The position numbers were made by a program, and so were the translations under genes. Under the pieces are notes generated by a model that did no database searches, was not told the DNA's origin, and worked only from the letters and a program-made list of their open reading frames with translations. A stretch of DNA of 64,000 nucleotides from Gemmatimonas sp. (GTDB lineage Bacteria > Gemmatimonadota > Gemmatimonadetes > Longimicrobiales > Longimicrobiaceae). Where the stretch lies: contig WHSP01000001.1 of the NCBI GenBank assembly GCA_009380025.1, positions 28,860 to 92,859 on the forward strand, read 5' to 3'. This document shows, piece by piece, positions 1 to 12,587 of this stretch (within the stretch, counting starts at the first letter, position 1; each line of letters opens with the position of its first letter).

Positions 1-282
1 AAGACGGCCCGGGAAACGGACGTCGTCGTCCGTTTCGGCGGCGAGGAGTTTCTGCTGATCTTGACCGATACCGAAGTCGCTGGGGCGGAGTCACTCGCGC
101 AGCGGATCCGATCCGTGGTGTCGTCCCACGACTGGTCGGAGCTCTCGGCGCACCTGCGCGTCACGTTGAGCATCGGCGTGGCCGAGCTGCAGGGAGGGAT
201 GGACAGCTCGGCCCTTCTCGCGGCAGCGGATGCGCGTCTCTATGCCGCGAAGCGCGCGGGTCGGGACTGCGTAGTGGCCTGA
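1..282 (+). CDS. diguanylate cyclase (GGDEF domain), C-terminal fragment; 5' end lies outside the window
   Basis: Frame 1 from base 1 reads ...VVVRFGGEEFLLIL... (GGEEF active-site motif), then SIGVA...ADARLYAAKRAGRD, a typical GGDEF domain end. Stop at 280-282. Confidence 0.85.
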   Translation, partial: KTARETDVVVRFGGEEFLLILTDTEVAGAESLAQRIRSVVSSHDWSELSAHLRVTLSIGVAELQGGMDSSALLAAADARLYAAKRAGRDCVVA

Positions 283-307
283 CTCACTTGCCGGTCGTCC
301 TTCCTAT

Positions 308-1858
308 TCAGTCTGCATACAGCCCTTCTGCCTTGGTTGCCGAGAGCAGGATTCCCTTGATCAGCGCGGAGCTGAAGCCTTGGTGCTCCATCTCGTTGAG
401 GCCGGCGATGGTGCAACCCCGCGGGGTGGTGACCTGGTCGATCTCCGACTCGGGATGGCGGCCCTGATCCAGGACGAGCATTGCCGCCCCCTTTGCCGTC
501 TGGGCGGCGAGCAGGAGGGCCTCCTCGGGGTGGAAGCCGATCTCGATCCCCCCCTGCGAGGCAGCGCGAATGGAGCGCAGGAAGAAAGCGATGCCACAGG
601 CGCAAAGGGCGGTCGCCGGGATCATCATGGTCTCCTCGATGACGAGCGTCCGGCCGACGATATCGAAGAGCTCGACTGCCTCGGGGAGGGCGGGATCGTC
701 CGAGTGGGAGCTGGAGATACACGTCATCGACTGCCCGATCGAGACCGCGGTGTTCGGCATCGCCCTCACGATGGACGCCCGAGTGTCGAGCAACTCGCGG
801 AGCTGACGGATCGAGACTCCCGAAGCGACGGAGATGATGCGGTGCTGGTCGGGGTCGATGGCTTCCCTGATCTCCTCGGCGAGATCGGCGACCTGCTGCG
901 GCTGGACCGCCAGGATGACGGTGTTCGCGTCGCGGATCGCTTCCAGGTTGTCGGAGCCGACGAGGAAGCCAGCCTCGGCGAAGAAGGTGAGCTTGTCCGG
1001 GTTGCGGCGAGTGATTCGGATCCGATCAGCGGAACAGTAGCCCGATTCGACCCACCCCATTGCCAGCGCCCTTCCGAGGTTGCCGCCGCCCAGGATCGCT
1101 ATCGTCCGGTTCCCTCGTTCCACGTCACTCATTTCAGGCCTCTTCCTCTGTGAGTTGTCCCGCATGTTTGGGGCGGGACGATCGTCCTTCATCACCGTTA
1201 TCGGTCCGCCGCCGCGCTCGGCGGGCGGAGGGAGTCTGGGCGGCAGGGCGCGGATCTGGCTCGCCTCGAGGTCGAGCACCACGGCTGCCTTCCGACCCGC
1301 TGCGAGCGCGATCCCGCCATAGTCGGTGACCAGCTTCTGGGGGAAGTCCGTCACTGGAACCGAGCGAAAGCCGAGTTGGAGAAAGAGATTCTCTCGCATC
1401 GTAAACGCGAAGACCCGGCGAACACCTCGGGCGTGTGAGCGCAGTACGGCGGCCTGAACCAGCCGTCGTCCGATGCCGAGCCCGTGGTGGCCCTCCTCCA
1501 CGGCGAGGGACGCGACCTCCGCGAGCGACGGGGAATGGATGCGGAGCGAGACGCAGCCGACTACGGCACCCTCCACCTCGGCGACGAGAAAGTTGCCGAG
1601 CTCGCGCTGAAGCTCGGCGGCCGAACGCGCGCGGACGAGCCTCAGGCGAACGAAGACCGCCAGGAGGTCAGCGATACGCCGAAGATCACCCTGGGTAGCC
1701 GCCCGCACCTCGACCTGCGAGGTGGAACTCCGTGAGGCGTCCGTGTGGATCTCAGCGCTGGCCAAGGCGATCCGGGGTACGTCAGGAACGTGCGGACCCT
1801 GGCGAAAATGCGAAAAAGAGCGACCCCCGCGGCTCAGCTGAGGTCGCCGCAGGGGCAC
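308..1858 (-). CDS. proC: single open frame joining a GNAT N-acetyltransferase (short ArgA/N-acetylglutamate-synthase-like) to pyrroline-5-carboxylate reductase; the ProC part alone is 308..1132
   Basis: C-terminal 274 aa start MSDVERGNRTIAILGGGNLG (Rossmann motif) and continue with P5C-reductase blocks (IISVASG, RAMPNTA, VTTPRGCTIAG). N-terminal part has the GNAT core LAVEEGHHGLGIGRRLV and RRVFAFT...LGFRSV. There is no stop between the two. Alternative starts: GTG 1858, GTG 1708, ATG 1132. Confidence 0.8.
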   Translation of the reverse strand: MPLRRPQLSRGGRSFSHFRQGPHVPDVPRIALASAEIHTDASRSSTSQVEVRAATQGDLRRIADLLAVFVRLRLVRARSAAELQRELGNFLVAEVEGAVVGCVSLRIHSPSLAEVASLAVEEGHHGLGIGRRLVQAAVLRSHARGVRRVFAFTMRENLFLQLGFRSVPVTDFPQKLVTDYGGIALAAGRKAAVVLDLEASQIRALPPRLPPPAERGGGPITVMKDDRPAPNMRDNSQRKRPEMSDVERGNRTIAILGGGNLGRALAMGWVESGYCSADRIRITRRNPDKLTFFAEAGFLVGSDNLEAIRDANTVILAVQPQQVADLAEEIREAIDPDQHRIISVASGVSIRQLRELLDTRASIVRAMPNTAVSIGQSMTCISSSHSDDPALPEAVELFDIVGRTLVIEETMMIPATALCACGIAFFLRSIRAASQGGIEIGFHPEEALLLAAQTAKGAAMLVLDQGRHPESEIDQVTTPRGCTIAGLNEMEHQGFSSALIKGILLSATKAEGLYAD

Positions 1859-1894
1859 GCTTCCCGGCTCGCATGCGGGTCTCGGTTCCGGGAA

Positions 1895-1923
1895 ATGTTA
1901 GGAGTGGTTTAGCGGAGCGTCAA
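1895..1923 (-). promoter_or_regulatory. sigma70-like promoter candidate (TTGACG-N17-TAACAT) upstream of the GNAT/proC ORF
   Basis: The minus strand reads TTGACG (1923-1918), an exact 17-nt spacer, then TAACAT (1900-1895). It lies in the roughly 100-nt gap after the HlyD-family gene. Confidence 0.3.
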
Positions 1924-1955
1924 GACGAGCTCACAATCGGAAGGGACGGATCCAC

Positions 1956-3266
1956 CTAGCCTTCCGGCTGGACCGCCGCTCCGTCCTCCAGCTGATCCGA
2001 GGGGAAGAGAACGACGGTCTCGTCCGGCTCGAGCCCGGAGAGCACCTCGGCCTCGGCTGCTCCGCGCTGACCGACCACGACCTCTCGCTGCACGGCCTCC
2101 CCTCCTTCGACAGCAAAGACCATCCACGCTTCGCCGACCTGGAAGAGGGCGCTGGTTGGGACCTTGACGACATCGACACCCTCCCAGACCACGATCCGGG
2201 TCTCCACCCGGTATCGATCACCGAGAGTTGGCGGCGGGTCGACCAAATCACCGACCACGTTCACCCGCTGTTCTTCCACACCGAGGGCCGAGACCTCCGT
2301 GAAGGCGGAGGGTTCGACACGGCGCACCTGGCCGAGGAGAGTCGTGCCGCCACCCCAGTCCTCGACACGGATCGGTGCGCCGGGCTGGATGCGAACCGCG
2401 TCGGTGGAGAGGACGTCGATCACAACTTCGAGGCCCGCGGCGTCACCGATGTCGACGAGCGGAGTACCCGCCGGCACAACGCGTTCGCTCCGCTCGTGAA
2501 CCCGCAACACCCTTCCGGCCGCCGGCGCGGTTACGACAGCGCGTCCACCACTCCCTTCCTGATCGATGCCTACGACGGCTGCCCTGGCTGCGGCCAGCTC
2601 GCTGTTGGCCGCCTGGACCCGCGCCTGTGCCGCCTCGAACTGCTGTTCCGAGCGTGTAGCGTCCAACACAGCCTGTTCTCCGGCCTCGGCGCTCAGGCCT
2701 CCTGCGGCCACGATCTCCTGCACCCGCTGGGCGGATCGCTGCGCCTGCTGCATCGTCTCCCTCGCCTGCTCGAGTGCCGCCGTCGCCTCACCCACCCTCG
2801 CCTCGGCGGCAGCCACGCCCGCCTGTGCCTGCGAGAACGCCTGCGGGTCGAGCGGCGCGGGGCTGAGCCGTGCCACCTCGGCACCCGCAGCCACCGGATC
2901 GCCCTCCTGAACCGAAATCCTCTCGAGCCGACCGCTGATCGGTGCGGCGATCTCATATCGGTCGACCACTCGCGTGATCCCCTCGGCGTCGATCGTCGTC
3001 TCGAGCCGGCCACGGGTCACGCTGGCCGTGTCGACCGGAATCGGCGTAGGGCGGAAAGCGAACACCAGGAGCAGGAGGAAGACGACTCCGCCCACGGCCC
3101 ACAGCAGACGGCGCCGAGAGCCGGGGTCGTCCCACCAGCGCCGTAACCTTCCAGGGGGCCAGCGCCGGGCGGTGCCCTTCCGGCCGGTCTCGCCGGGAGC
3201 CCCGTCCCGATCCCCGGTGCCCGTTCGCTGTCCCTCCCCGGTATCTACCGTCGTATGAGTGATCAT
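1956..3266 (-). CDS. efflux transporter periplasmic adaptor subunit (HlyD/MacA family)
   Basis: N-terminal TM segment, Ala/Gln-rich coiled-coil hairpin region and beta-barrel C-terminus. It sits immediately downstream of the ABC ATPase and FtsX-type permease genes. Confidence 0.8.
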   Translation of the reverse strand: MITHTTVDTGEGQRTGTGDRDGAPGETGRKGTARRWPPGRLRRWWDDPGSRRRLLWAVGGVVFLLLLVFAFRPTPIPVDTASVTRGRLETTIDAEGITRVVDRYEIAAPISGRLERISVQEGDPVAAGAEVARLSPAPLDPQAFSQAQAGVAAAEARVGEATAALEQARETMQQAQRSAQRVQEIVAAGGLSAEAGEQAVLDATRSEQQFEAAQARVQAANSELAAARAAVVGIDQEGSGGRAVVTAPAAGRVLRVHERSERVVPAGTPLVDIGDAAGLEVVIDVLSTDAVRIQPGAPIRVEDWGGGTTLLGQVRRVEPSAFTEVSALGVEEQRVNVVGDLVDPPPTLGDRYRVETRIVVWEGVDVVKVPTSALFQVGEAWMVFAVEGGEAVQREVVVGQRGAAEAEVLSGLEPDETVVLFPSDQLEDGAAVQPEG

Positions 3267-3268
3267 TG

Positions 3269-5635
3269 CTACTCTCGCGTCTTGAGTACCTCGATCAGAT
3301 CGAGCCGATTGAGCCGTCGTCGTACCAGCAGACCCGCGAAGAGAGCCGCCGAGATGGCCACGATCGCTGCGAACGCGTACGTCGAGCTCGTAACGACCAG
3401 AGGGATGCGATAGTTCTCGTTGGCAAACGCGCCCAGGATTGCTCGAACGAAGAAGAGGCCGATCAGGAACCCGATCGGGATTCCCAGGGCCGTGACCGTC
3501 GTCTGCTCGCCGAAGAGGATCACCGCGATCTCGCGTTTGGTGAACCCGAGCACCCGAAGGCTGGCGAGCTCTCGACCCCGCTCTGACAGGGCGATTCGCG
3601 CGCCGTTGTAAATCACTCCAACGGCGATCACACCGGCGAATAGGACCAGGATCGTCATCGACAAGAGCAGGTTCTGCTCCAGCTGAAACTCGAAGTTCTC
3701 GAGCACGTTCTCTCGGGCCGCGACACCAGCGATCGCAGGCATCCGCTTCAGTCGCTCGAAGATTTCTGTGCGCTGGCGCTCATCGACCCTCAGATAGGCC
3801 CCCGAAATGGTCGGAGCCTCTCTCATGAGGCGGTTGAGTGCACCGATCTCCATATAGGCGTTGAGGCCGAGTGTCTCTTCGACGACGCCGGCGACCGGCA
3901 ACCTCCGCTCCGGCTGTCGGCCCTCGAGGATTTTTAGATGAAGGGTGTCCCCAACACTCACGCCGACGATGTCCGCTAGCATCCGGCTCAGGAGCACACC
4001 ATCTTCGGCCACCTCATACCGGATGAGATCGGTGTCGAGGATGCGTCGAAGTTGGCTTCCGGAGCCCAGGCCGGTGAGCGCCAGCTGGCGGGACCGATGA
4101 CCAGCATCGAGCCGGACGGGGACACTCCGGAAAACCTCTACGCGGGAGACGCCTTCGAGGTTGGCGAGATCGTGCCGCGCGGAGGCCTCCTTCGGCGTGT
4201 TGAAGAGGACGGTCAGATCCTCCCGTTGGATCGTTCGGAACTGGAGGTCCGCCATGTAGCTGACGGCGTCGAACATGAACGAGCCGACGAGCAGGATCGA
4301 GATTGCGAGGGCGACAGCGAGTGCGGAGAGTGCCGCACGCATCGGTTGGCGATCGAGAGACCGAATGATCATCCGACCGATGGGCGAAAGGATCCGCCCG
4401 ATACCCGACCGCTCGATGAGGCCGGGCCGAAAGTGAGTGGGCGCCTCGGGTCGCATCGCCTCGGCAGGCGGTAATCGTACGGCGGAGCGAACGGCTGAGA
4501 GTGCCCCGAGAACGGCTGCGCCGGCGCTGACGGCAATCGCCATTGCGACCAGGAACCAGCTCACCCGGTAATAGAGCTGCGGAAATTGGAAGAAGTCCCT
4601 GTACAGCTCCAGTAGAAGGCGCCCCAACCAGGTACCGACCCCGGTACCGACGAGCGCGCCGATCACCACCGCGACGAGCGCGAAGTGTAGGAAGTGTCGC
4701 CCGATCTCGATGTTCGAGTACCCGAATGCCTTCAACACCGCGATTTGCTCGCGCTGGGTGCGAACCAGGCGAGAGAGGACGATGTGGAGGAGAAAAGCGG
4801 CGACGGCCAGGAAGATCGCGGGGATCACGGTCCCACTGATGCGGTTCGATTCGAGCTCGTCGGTGAGGATCCGGTGCGAGAGCTGACGATCCCTGTCGTA
4901 GGCTCCGAGCGAACCGTAGCCCTCGAGGAAGCGGTCGAGCTCGTCGATCACGGCGTCCGGATTCGCCCCTCGGGCGAGCCTCACAGCGATGTCGTTGAAG
5001 GAACCGGTCATCCCCGCGGCAGCTGCCAGAGCGGTCCGATCCATCCAGAGGATGCCGAAGCGCCGATTGTCGGGAAAGATCTGACCGGCGCTGACTTCGT
5101 AGACGTACTCGGGGGACATCCCGATCCCGACGATCCGCAACCGCTCCCACCGCCCGTTGACCACGGCCCCGATGGTAGCGCCGAGCTCGAGCGAGTTCGC
5201 GTTGCTGAATGCGGAGCTGATGACGACCTCGTCGCCGCGGTTCGCCTCAGGAAACCGCCCTTCCACGAGATGAACCCGGTTGAGCCGCGGACCTCCGGGA
5301 GGGATCGAAACGAGCCGTCCCTGCGCCGGCTCGTCCAGGCCGGGGACGTCGAGATTGACCTCGAGCACGACCCGTGGATCGACCGCCGCGACGCCCTCGA
5401 TCTCACCGAGTCGCGCCGCCAGCGAAGTGGGTGCCCTGACCAGGGAAGCGAACAGGTCGGCGAACTGGTACTGCCGATAGTACGCGATCTGCGATGCAGC
5501 GAGGGATTCGCTCGTGCTGCGCATCATCACGACGGTCATGATGCCGCACGCGACCACCAGCGCAATGGAGATCATCTGCCCCCTGGCCCGCCACGCCTCC
5601 CGAAGCAGTTTCCGGTTCAGGGCAGTGACCCTCAT
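3269..5635 (-). CDS. ABC transporter permease, FtsX/MacB-type with duplicated FtsX module
   Basis: About 790 aa with two blocks of four TM helices and large periplasmic loops. Starts [17 protein letters not shown] chose ATG 5635, which lies 4 nt after the ATPase stop, rather than the overlapping 5707 start. Confidence 0.8.
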   Translation of the reverse strand: MRVTALNRKLLREAWRARGQMISIALVVACGIMTVVMMRSTSESLAASQIAYYRQYQFADLFASLVRAPTSLAARLGEIEGVAAVDPRVVLEVNLDVPGLDEPAQGRLVSIPPGGPRLNRVHLVEGRFPEANRGDEVVISSAFSNANSLELGATIGAVVNGRWERLRIVGIGMSPEYVYEVSAGQIFPDNRRFGILWMDRTALAAAAGMTGSFNDIAVRLARGANPDAVIDELDRFLEGYGSLGAYDRDRQLSHRILTDELESNRISGTVIPAIFLAVAAFLLHIVLSRLVRTQREQIAVLKAFGYSNIEIGRHFLHFALVAVVIGALVGTGVGTWLGRLLLELYRDFFQFPQLYYRVSWFLVAMAIAVSAGAAVLGALSAVRSAVRLPPAEAMRPEAPTHFRPGLIERSGIGRILSPIGRMIIRSLDRQPMRAALSALAVALAISILLVGSFMFDAVSYMADLQFRTIQREDLTVLFNTPKEASARHDLANLEGVSRVEVFRSVPVRLDAGHRSRQLALTGLGSGSQLRRILDTDLIRYEVAEDGVLLSRMLADIVGVSVGDTLHLKILEGRQPERRLPVAGVVEETLGLNAYMEIGALNRLMREAPTISGAYLRVDERQRTEIFERLKRMPAIAGVAARENVLENFEFQLEQNLLLSMTILVLFAGVIAVGVIYNGARIALSERGRELASLRVLGFTKREIAVILFGEQTTVTALGIPIGFLIGLFFVRAILGAFANENYRIPLVVTSSTYAFAAIVAISAALFAGLLVRRRLNRLDLIEVLKTRE

Positions 5636-5639
5636 GACG

Positions 5640-6398
5640 TCACCATTCGATCTCCTCAGGGGCCGCTGGCTGATCGTTCCGGTAGACGTCGGCGATCGTC
5701 CCGTCATGGAGGCGCACGACCCGATCAGCCATCGCGGCGATCGGAGCGTTGTGGGTGATCACGGCGGTGGCCGTGCCGAGCTGTTGGTTGACATCCTTCA
5801 GGACCTTCAGCACGAGCTGACCGGTACTCGAATCGAGGGCGCCGGTCGGCTCGTCGCAGAGAAGGACGTCGGGCTGCTTGGCAATCGCTCTGGCGATGGC
5901 GACGCGCTGTTGCTCACCACCCGAAAGCTGGGCTGGGAAGTGGTCTATGCGAGGACCCAGGCCAACCAGCTCGAGGGCTTCCTCCGGCCGTATCGGGTCG
6001 CGCGCGATATCGGTCACGAGCGCTACGTTCTCGCGTGCCGTCAGGCTTGGGATCAGATTGTAGAACTGGAAAACGAAGCCGACATGGTCACGCCGATAGC
6101 GGGTAAGCTCGGCATCATCGGCGGCCGTGAGATCCTGGTTGAGGAACTGGACTGTGCCGGAGGTGGGGATGTCCAGGCCGCCCAGGATGTTGAGCAGGGT
6201 GGACTTCCCGCTCCCGGATGCGCCCAGCAAGACGAGTAGCTCGCCACGCTCCAGATCGAAGTCGATACCTCGAAGTGCCCGAACTTCGACCTCGCCCATG
6301 TGGTAGACCTTCGTGAGGTTACGCGCCTCGAAGATCTGGGATCCTTCAACCCCTGGTGACCGACCGGTCAGACGATCAGGCTGACGGAGGTTCGCCAT
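5640..6398 (-). CDS. ABC transporter ATP-binding protein (MacB/LolD-like)
   Basis: Walker [13 protein letters not shown], signature [14 protein letters not shown], Walker [12 protein letters not shown]. Confidence 0.9.
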   Translation of the reverse strand: MANLRQPDRLTGRSPGVEGSQIFEARNLTKVYHMGEVEVRALRGIDFDLERGELLVLLGASGSGKSTLLNILGGLDIPTSGTVQFLNQDLTAADDAELTRYRRDHVGFVFQFYNLIPSLTARENVALVTDIARDPIRPEEALELVGLGPRIDHFPAQLSGGEQQRVAIARAIAKQPDVLLCDEPTGALDSSTGQLVLKVLKDVNQQLGTATAVITHNAPIAAMADRVVRLHDGTIADVYRNDQPAAPEEIEW

Positions 6399-6399
6399 T

Positions 6400-8048
6400 T
6401 CACATGGTCTTGTACGCGGGACCGCTCCCTCCTTCCCGAGGCAACCAACGAGGGCCGAGCACGTCCGTCGCCTTGCAATCGATACAGTTCGGAGCGTTCA
6501 CAACGAGCCGGTCGCCGTTCTTTTCATACACGGCCGCCGGGCACATGTGCTGATAGAGCTCGGCGACGTCACCCGGAACGTCCTCACCAACGACGAGGTG
6601 GGGTGGGATGTCGTCCCGGGTCTGGTTACCAGACTTGAAGACCGCATCGACCTTGCTGAACGTCAGCCTTCCGTCGGGAGTGAACGGAGTGTACGAGACC
6701 ACCTCCTTGGGAACTGCCGCGTCCGGGGCCATATCGATCTTGCCACCTGGAACATTGCCGCCGGTCAGGGTCATCACCGCGGCTTTCGCACCGCCAACGA
6801 AGAGGCCGTCCTTGAAGGCGAGGCGCATGTTGCGGGTCCGGTGCAAGTCGGCGCTGACATAGCTCTCGTTGACCATCCAATCGTACGCGGACAGCGAGGC
6901 GCCGGACAAATCTCCCTTTTTCAGGGCATCAAACAGGGCTCGCGCGGCGAAGATCCCTGTCTGCATCGCGTAGTGGATGCCCTTGAGGGAAGGGACGTCC
7001 ACGTAGCCGGCCGCATCACCGACGATCAGGACCCCGTCGCCACATCGGCGTCGGGGAAGGGAGTAGTAGCCGCCCTCGGGGATCGTCTTCGCGCCCCACT
7101 CGAGCATCTCGCCTCCCTCCAGGTACTCTCGGAAGAGGGGGTGGAGCTTCATCCGCTGCAAGAGCTCGTGAACGTCGAGGGTCGTGCTATGATGATCGAG
7201 CCCGACGACGAGGCCTACTGCGACGAGGTTCGCCCCGAGCGGGTACAGGAAGCTCCCCCCGAACGCATGCGTGGGAAGCGGCCACCCCAGCGTGTGCACG
7301 ATGGAGTCGAGAGGCTTGCGCGTCTCCCAGACCTCCTTGACACCCAGCGCGAAGATCTGCGGGTTCTCGGATCCGATCCCCTGCGCCTTCAGGTAGGCCT
7401 GGGTGAGCGGCCCGCGAGTTCCTTCGGCGAGGATCACGGCCTTGGCCGTCAGATCCGTCCCGGGCTCATGCCGAGGGCCGGGTGCACCCGAGCGGTCGAG
7501 CCCAACCGCAGTCGTCCGAACGCCGATCGCACGGTCCCCGTCGACCAGCAGCGACTCGGCCGGGAACCCGGGAAGGATGTTCACTCCCAGCCCCTCTGCC
7601 TTCTCTCCGAGCCACCGACAGACCTCCGAAATAGAGGCGGTATAGAAGCCGGCGTTCTGCATCGTCGGCGGAGTCGGGATCGGAATGGCACGTGATTCGG
7701 TCAGCAACATCACCCGCTCCTTCGTCACGGGCTGCCGGAAGGGGAAGTCCGAATCCGAGAGGTCGGGGAAGAGTTCTCGGAACGCCCGTGGGTTGATGAC
7801 CGCACCCGACAGATTGTGCTCGCCGAGACCGGCGGCCTTCTCGAGCACGGCGATCTGCAGATCGCCCAGGTCGCCACCGCTCTCGTCATCCTTCCGTGCC
7901 AGCCGGCCCAGCTCGATCGCCGCCGCCAATCCCGCCGGGCCACCACCCACGATGATCACGTCCATCTCGATCGCTTCGGGGTCGGGAAGGTCCGGCAAGA
8001 TCAGCCTGCTCTGCGGGAGCTCGGGCTGGTGTCGGGCCGGGATGATGG

Positions 8049-8058
<10 letters not shown>
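6400..8058 (-). CDS. electron-transfer flavoprotein:ubiquinone oxidoreductase (ETF-QO)
   Basis: FAD fingerprint [15 protein letters not shown] and a C-terminal ferredoxin-like end CPAAVYE...NCIDCKATD...[13 protein letters not shown], typical of ETF-QO. Confidence 0.85.
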
Positions 8059-10046
<1,988 letters not shown>

Positions 10047-10179
10047 CGGTCCCTTGTGAGGGAATCGAGGGCGGGAAGTCCCGACGCTCGACCAGTGGCC
10101 GCGAGGGGCGAGTCGGGCAGAACGGCCATTCGCCGCTGGAACCGCGGAAACGGGGTCACGATCTTCGAGCCTCCTATTG

Positions 10180-12372
10180 TCATCGCGGATCGATTCGTCG
10201 CAGCACTGTGACCGATCGACCTTCGAGTCGCAACTCGGCCAAGCCCGTCCAGATTGCCGACCCCTGCTCGGCCGAGTCGTCACTGGTGGTCAGCACGAGC
10301 TCCCAGGTCACCTCGGGATCGGATTGTTGGAGGGTGAAATGGTTCGGCCGGGGGTCGCCGTTGAAAAGGATGAGGAAGGTGTCGTCTCGGACGCGTTCAC
10401 CGTACTCGTCCCACTCGAGCATTGCGTCCCCTCCCAGACGCATCCCGAAGCAGCGGGTGAACCCACTGTTCCACTGCTCTTCGGTCATCTCCCGGCCGTC
10501 AGGCCGGAGCCAGGTGATGTCCTCCAGTTCCGATCCACGGATGCGGCGGCCCTGGAAGAAGTGGCGACGGTGCAGCACCGGGTGCCGATGCCGCAACGCC
10601 GCGACCCGTCGCGCGAAGGCGAGCATCGCGCGATCCCGCTCGGAGAGGTCCCATTTCACCCACGAGATCTCGTTGTCCTGCGCGTAGGCGTTGTTGTTTC
10701 CCTTCTGCGTCCTGCCCATCTCGTCTCCGCTACTGATCATCGGTACGCCCTGCGAAAGCAGTAGGGTCGCCATGAAGTTTCGTTTCTGTTTCTCGCGCTG
10801 CCGCACGATCTCGGGATCGTCGGTAGGCCCGTCCACACCGAAGTTGTAGCTGAGGTTGTGGTTCTCGCCGTCCCGATTGTCCTCACCGTTCGCTTCGTTC
10901 CGCTTCGTTCCGTAGGAGACGAGATCGTTGAGCGTGAACCCATCGTGAGCGGTCACGAAGTTGATGCTCGCGTGGGGGCGCCGCCCATCTCGTTCGTACA
11001 GGTCGCTGGACCCCGTCAGTCGGAACCCGAGCTCCGCGATGGTGCCGGGATCCCCCCGCCAAAAGGCACGAACCGTGTCGCGATAGCGACCGTTCCACTC
11101 AGCCCAGAGGATCGGAAAGTTGCCCACCTGGTATCCTCCCGGCCCAACGTCCCAGGGCTCGGCGATCAGCTTGACCCGCGAGAGAACGGGGTCCTGGTGG
11201 ATGATGTCGAAGAAGGCGGAGAGCCGGTTCACGTCGTGGAGCTCTCGAGCGAGCGTCGAGGCGAGGTCGAACCTGAAACCGTCGACGTGCATCTCCTGCA
11301 CCCAGTAGCGCAGGGAATCCATCACCAGCTTCAACGTCTGTGGATGCAGCATGTTCAGGGAGTTGCCGCATCCGGTGTAGTCCATGTAGAACCGTGGGTT
11401 CTCGGGGACCAGGCGATAGTACGTCGTATTGTCGATGCCCCGGAAAGACAACGTCGGGCCAAGGTGGTTACCCTCGGCCGTATGGTTGTACACGACGTCC
11501 AGGATCACCTCGATGTCCGCCTCATGCAGCCGCCGGACCATCTCCTTGAACTCCCTGACCTGCTCGTGGTGCTCTCGGGCGAAAGCGTATCGTCCGGCGG
11601 GCGCGAAGTAGTTGATGTTGTTGTATCCCCAATAGTTCAGCATCCCCTTCCGCACCAGGAAGAGGTCGTCGAGGATCTCGTGGACGGGCAGGAGCTCGAG
11701 TGCAGTCACCCCGAGCGACTTCAGATGCTCGATCACGGCCGGTTGAGAGACGGCCGCGTAGGTCCCGCGCAGTTCCCCCGGGATTCCGGGATGCAGCATC
11801 GTCAGGCCCTTCACGTGGGCCTCGTAGATCACCGTGCGGTGCCAGGGGATCCGGGGAGGCTTGTCGCCCCGCCAGTCGAAGCGCCGATCGATCACGACTG
11901 CCTTCGGAACGCCCGCGGCATCGTTCGCGTCATCCAGAACCCAGTCTTCGCCCGGTTGGTCGAACGGGTACCCGAACGGGTGGTGGTCGTAGTTCACCCG
12001 CCCGGCCAGTGCATGAGCGTACGGATCGATGAGCAGTTTGAAGGGATTGAAGCGCAGCCCGCGTTTGAGCTCATACGGACCGTGCACGCGATAGCCATAG
12101 AGCTGACCGGGCCCCACCCCAGGCAGGTAGCCGTGCCACACGTAAGCGGTCCGCTCCGGCAGCCGAAAGCAATGACTCGCCTGGGCTGCCTGCGGGGAGT
12201 CGAAGAGGCAGAGCTCCACCTCGGTCGCCTTCTCAGAGTAGAGGGCGAAGTTCGTTCCCTCCCCGTCCCAGGAAGAACCGAGAGGATAGGGGACGCCTGG
12301 CCACACCCTCACGCCGCCCTCCGGGGGCCGGGCTCCTGGCATGCGTCGATCCGCCGGGCCAGGGCCCGCCAT
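10180..12372 (-). CDS. glgX: glycogen debranching enzyme
   Basis: [25 protein letters not shown]-domain and GH13 blocks [27 protein letters not shown]. The start is ambiguous between ATG 12372 and ATG 12342. Confidence 0.85.
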   Translation of the reverse strand: MAGPGPADRRMPGARPPEGGVRVWPGVPYPLGSSWDGEGTNFALYSEKATEVELCLFDSPQAAQASHCFRLPERTAYVWHGYLPGVGPGQLYGYRVHGPYELKRGLRFNPFKLLIDPYAHALAGRVNYDHHPFGYPFDQPGEDWVLDDANDAAGVPKAVVIDRRFDWRGDKPPRIPWHRTVIYEAHVKGLTMLHPGIPGELRGTYAAVSQPAVIEHLKSLGVTALELLPVHEILDDLFLVRKGMLNYWGYNNINYFAPAGRYAFAREHHEQVREFKEMVRRLHEADIEVILDVVYNHTAEGNHLGPTLSFRGIDNTTYYRLVPENPRFYMDYTGCGNSLNMLHPQTLKLVMDSLRYWVQEMHVDGFRFDLASTLARELHDVNRLSAFFDIIHQDPVLSRVKLIAEPWDVGPGGYQVGNFPILWAEWNGRYRDTVRAFWRGDPGTIAELGFRLTGSSDLYERDGRRPHASINFVTAHDGFTLNDLVSYGTKRNEANGEDNRDGENHNLSYNFGVDGPTDDPEIVRQREKQKRNFMATLLLSQGVPMISSGDEMGRTQKGNNNAYAQDNEISWVKWDLSERDRAMLAFARRVAALRHRHPVLHRRHFFQGRRIRGSELEDITWLRPDGREMTEEQWNSGFTRCFGMRLGGDAMLEWDEYGERVRDDTFLILFNGDPRPNHFTLQQSDPEVTWELVLTTSDDSAEQGSAIWTGLAELRLEGRSVTVLRRIDPR

Positions 12373-12587
12373 CGATCCATCGTCATCTATTCGAGAAGGC
12401 TGTTGATAAGCAGGCTGAGAACGTCGCAGTCCGAGTGGTCGATGGGGACTCATTGCAGGTGCAGACCGATGAGCGCCGTCGGCCGCTCGCCTGCTTCTTG
12501 CAACTCCCGAACCGTCCGGTGTATTCTGGGCGACCTCGGCGCTCTCGCGCCACGTCCACTCCGCGTCGTCGTTCCCAGCTTCCGCAG

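Noticed and set aside
5636-5707. 68-nt overlap between the ABC ATPase and the permease ORF as annotated by the longest-ORF track
   Set aside because: An internal ATG at 5635 gives a typical permease N-terminus ([11 protein letters not shown]) and leaves a 4-nt gap after the ATPase stop. The overlap is an artefact of the longest-ORF rule. The same reasoning was applied to glgE, tal, pal, hemA, tsaB, rimI and others.
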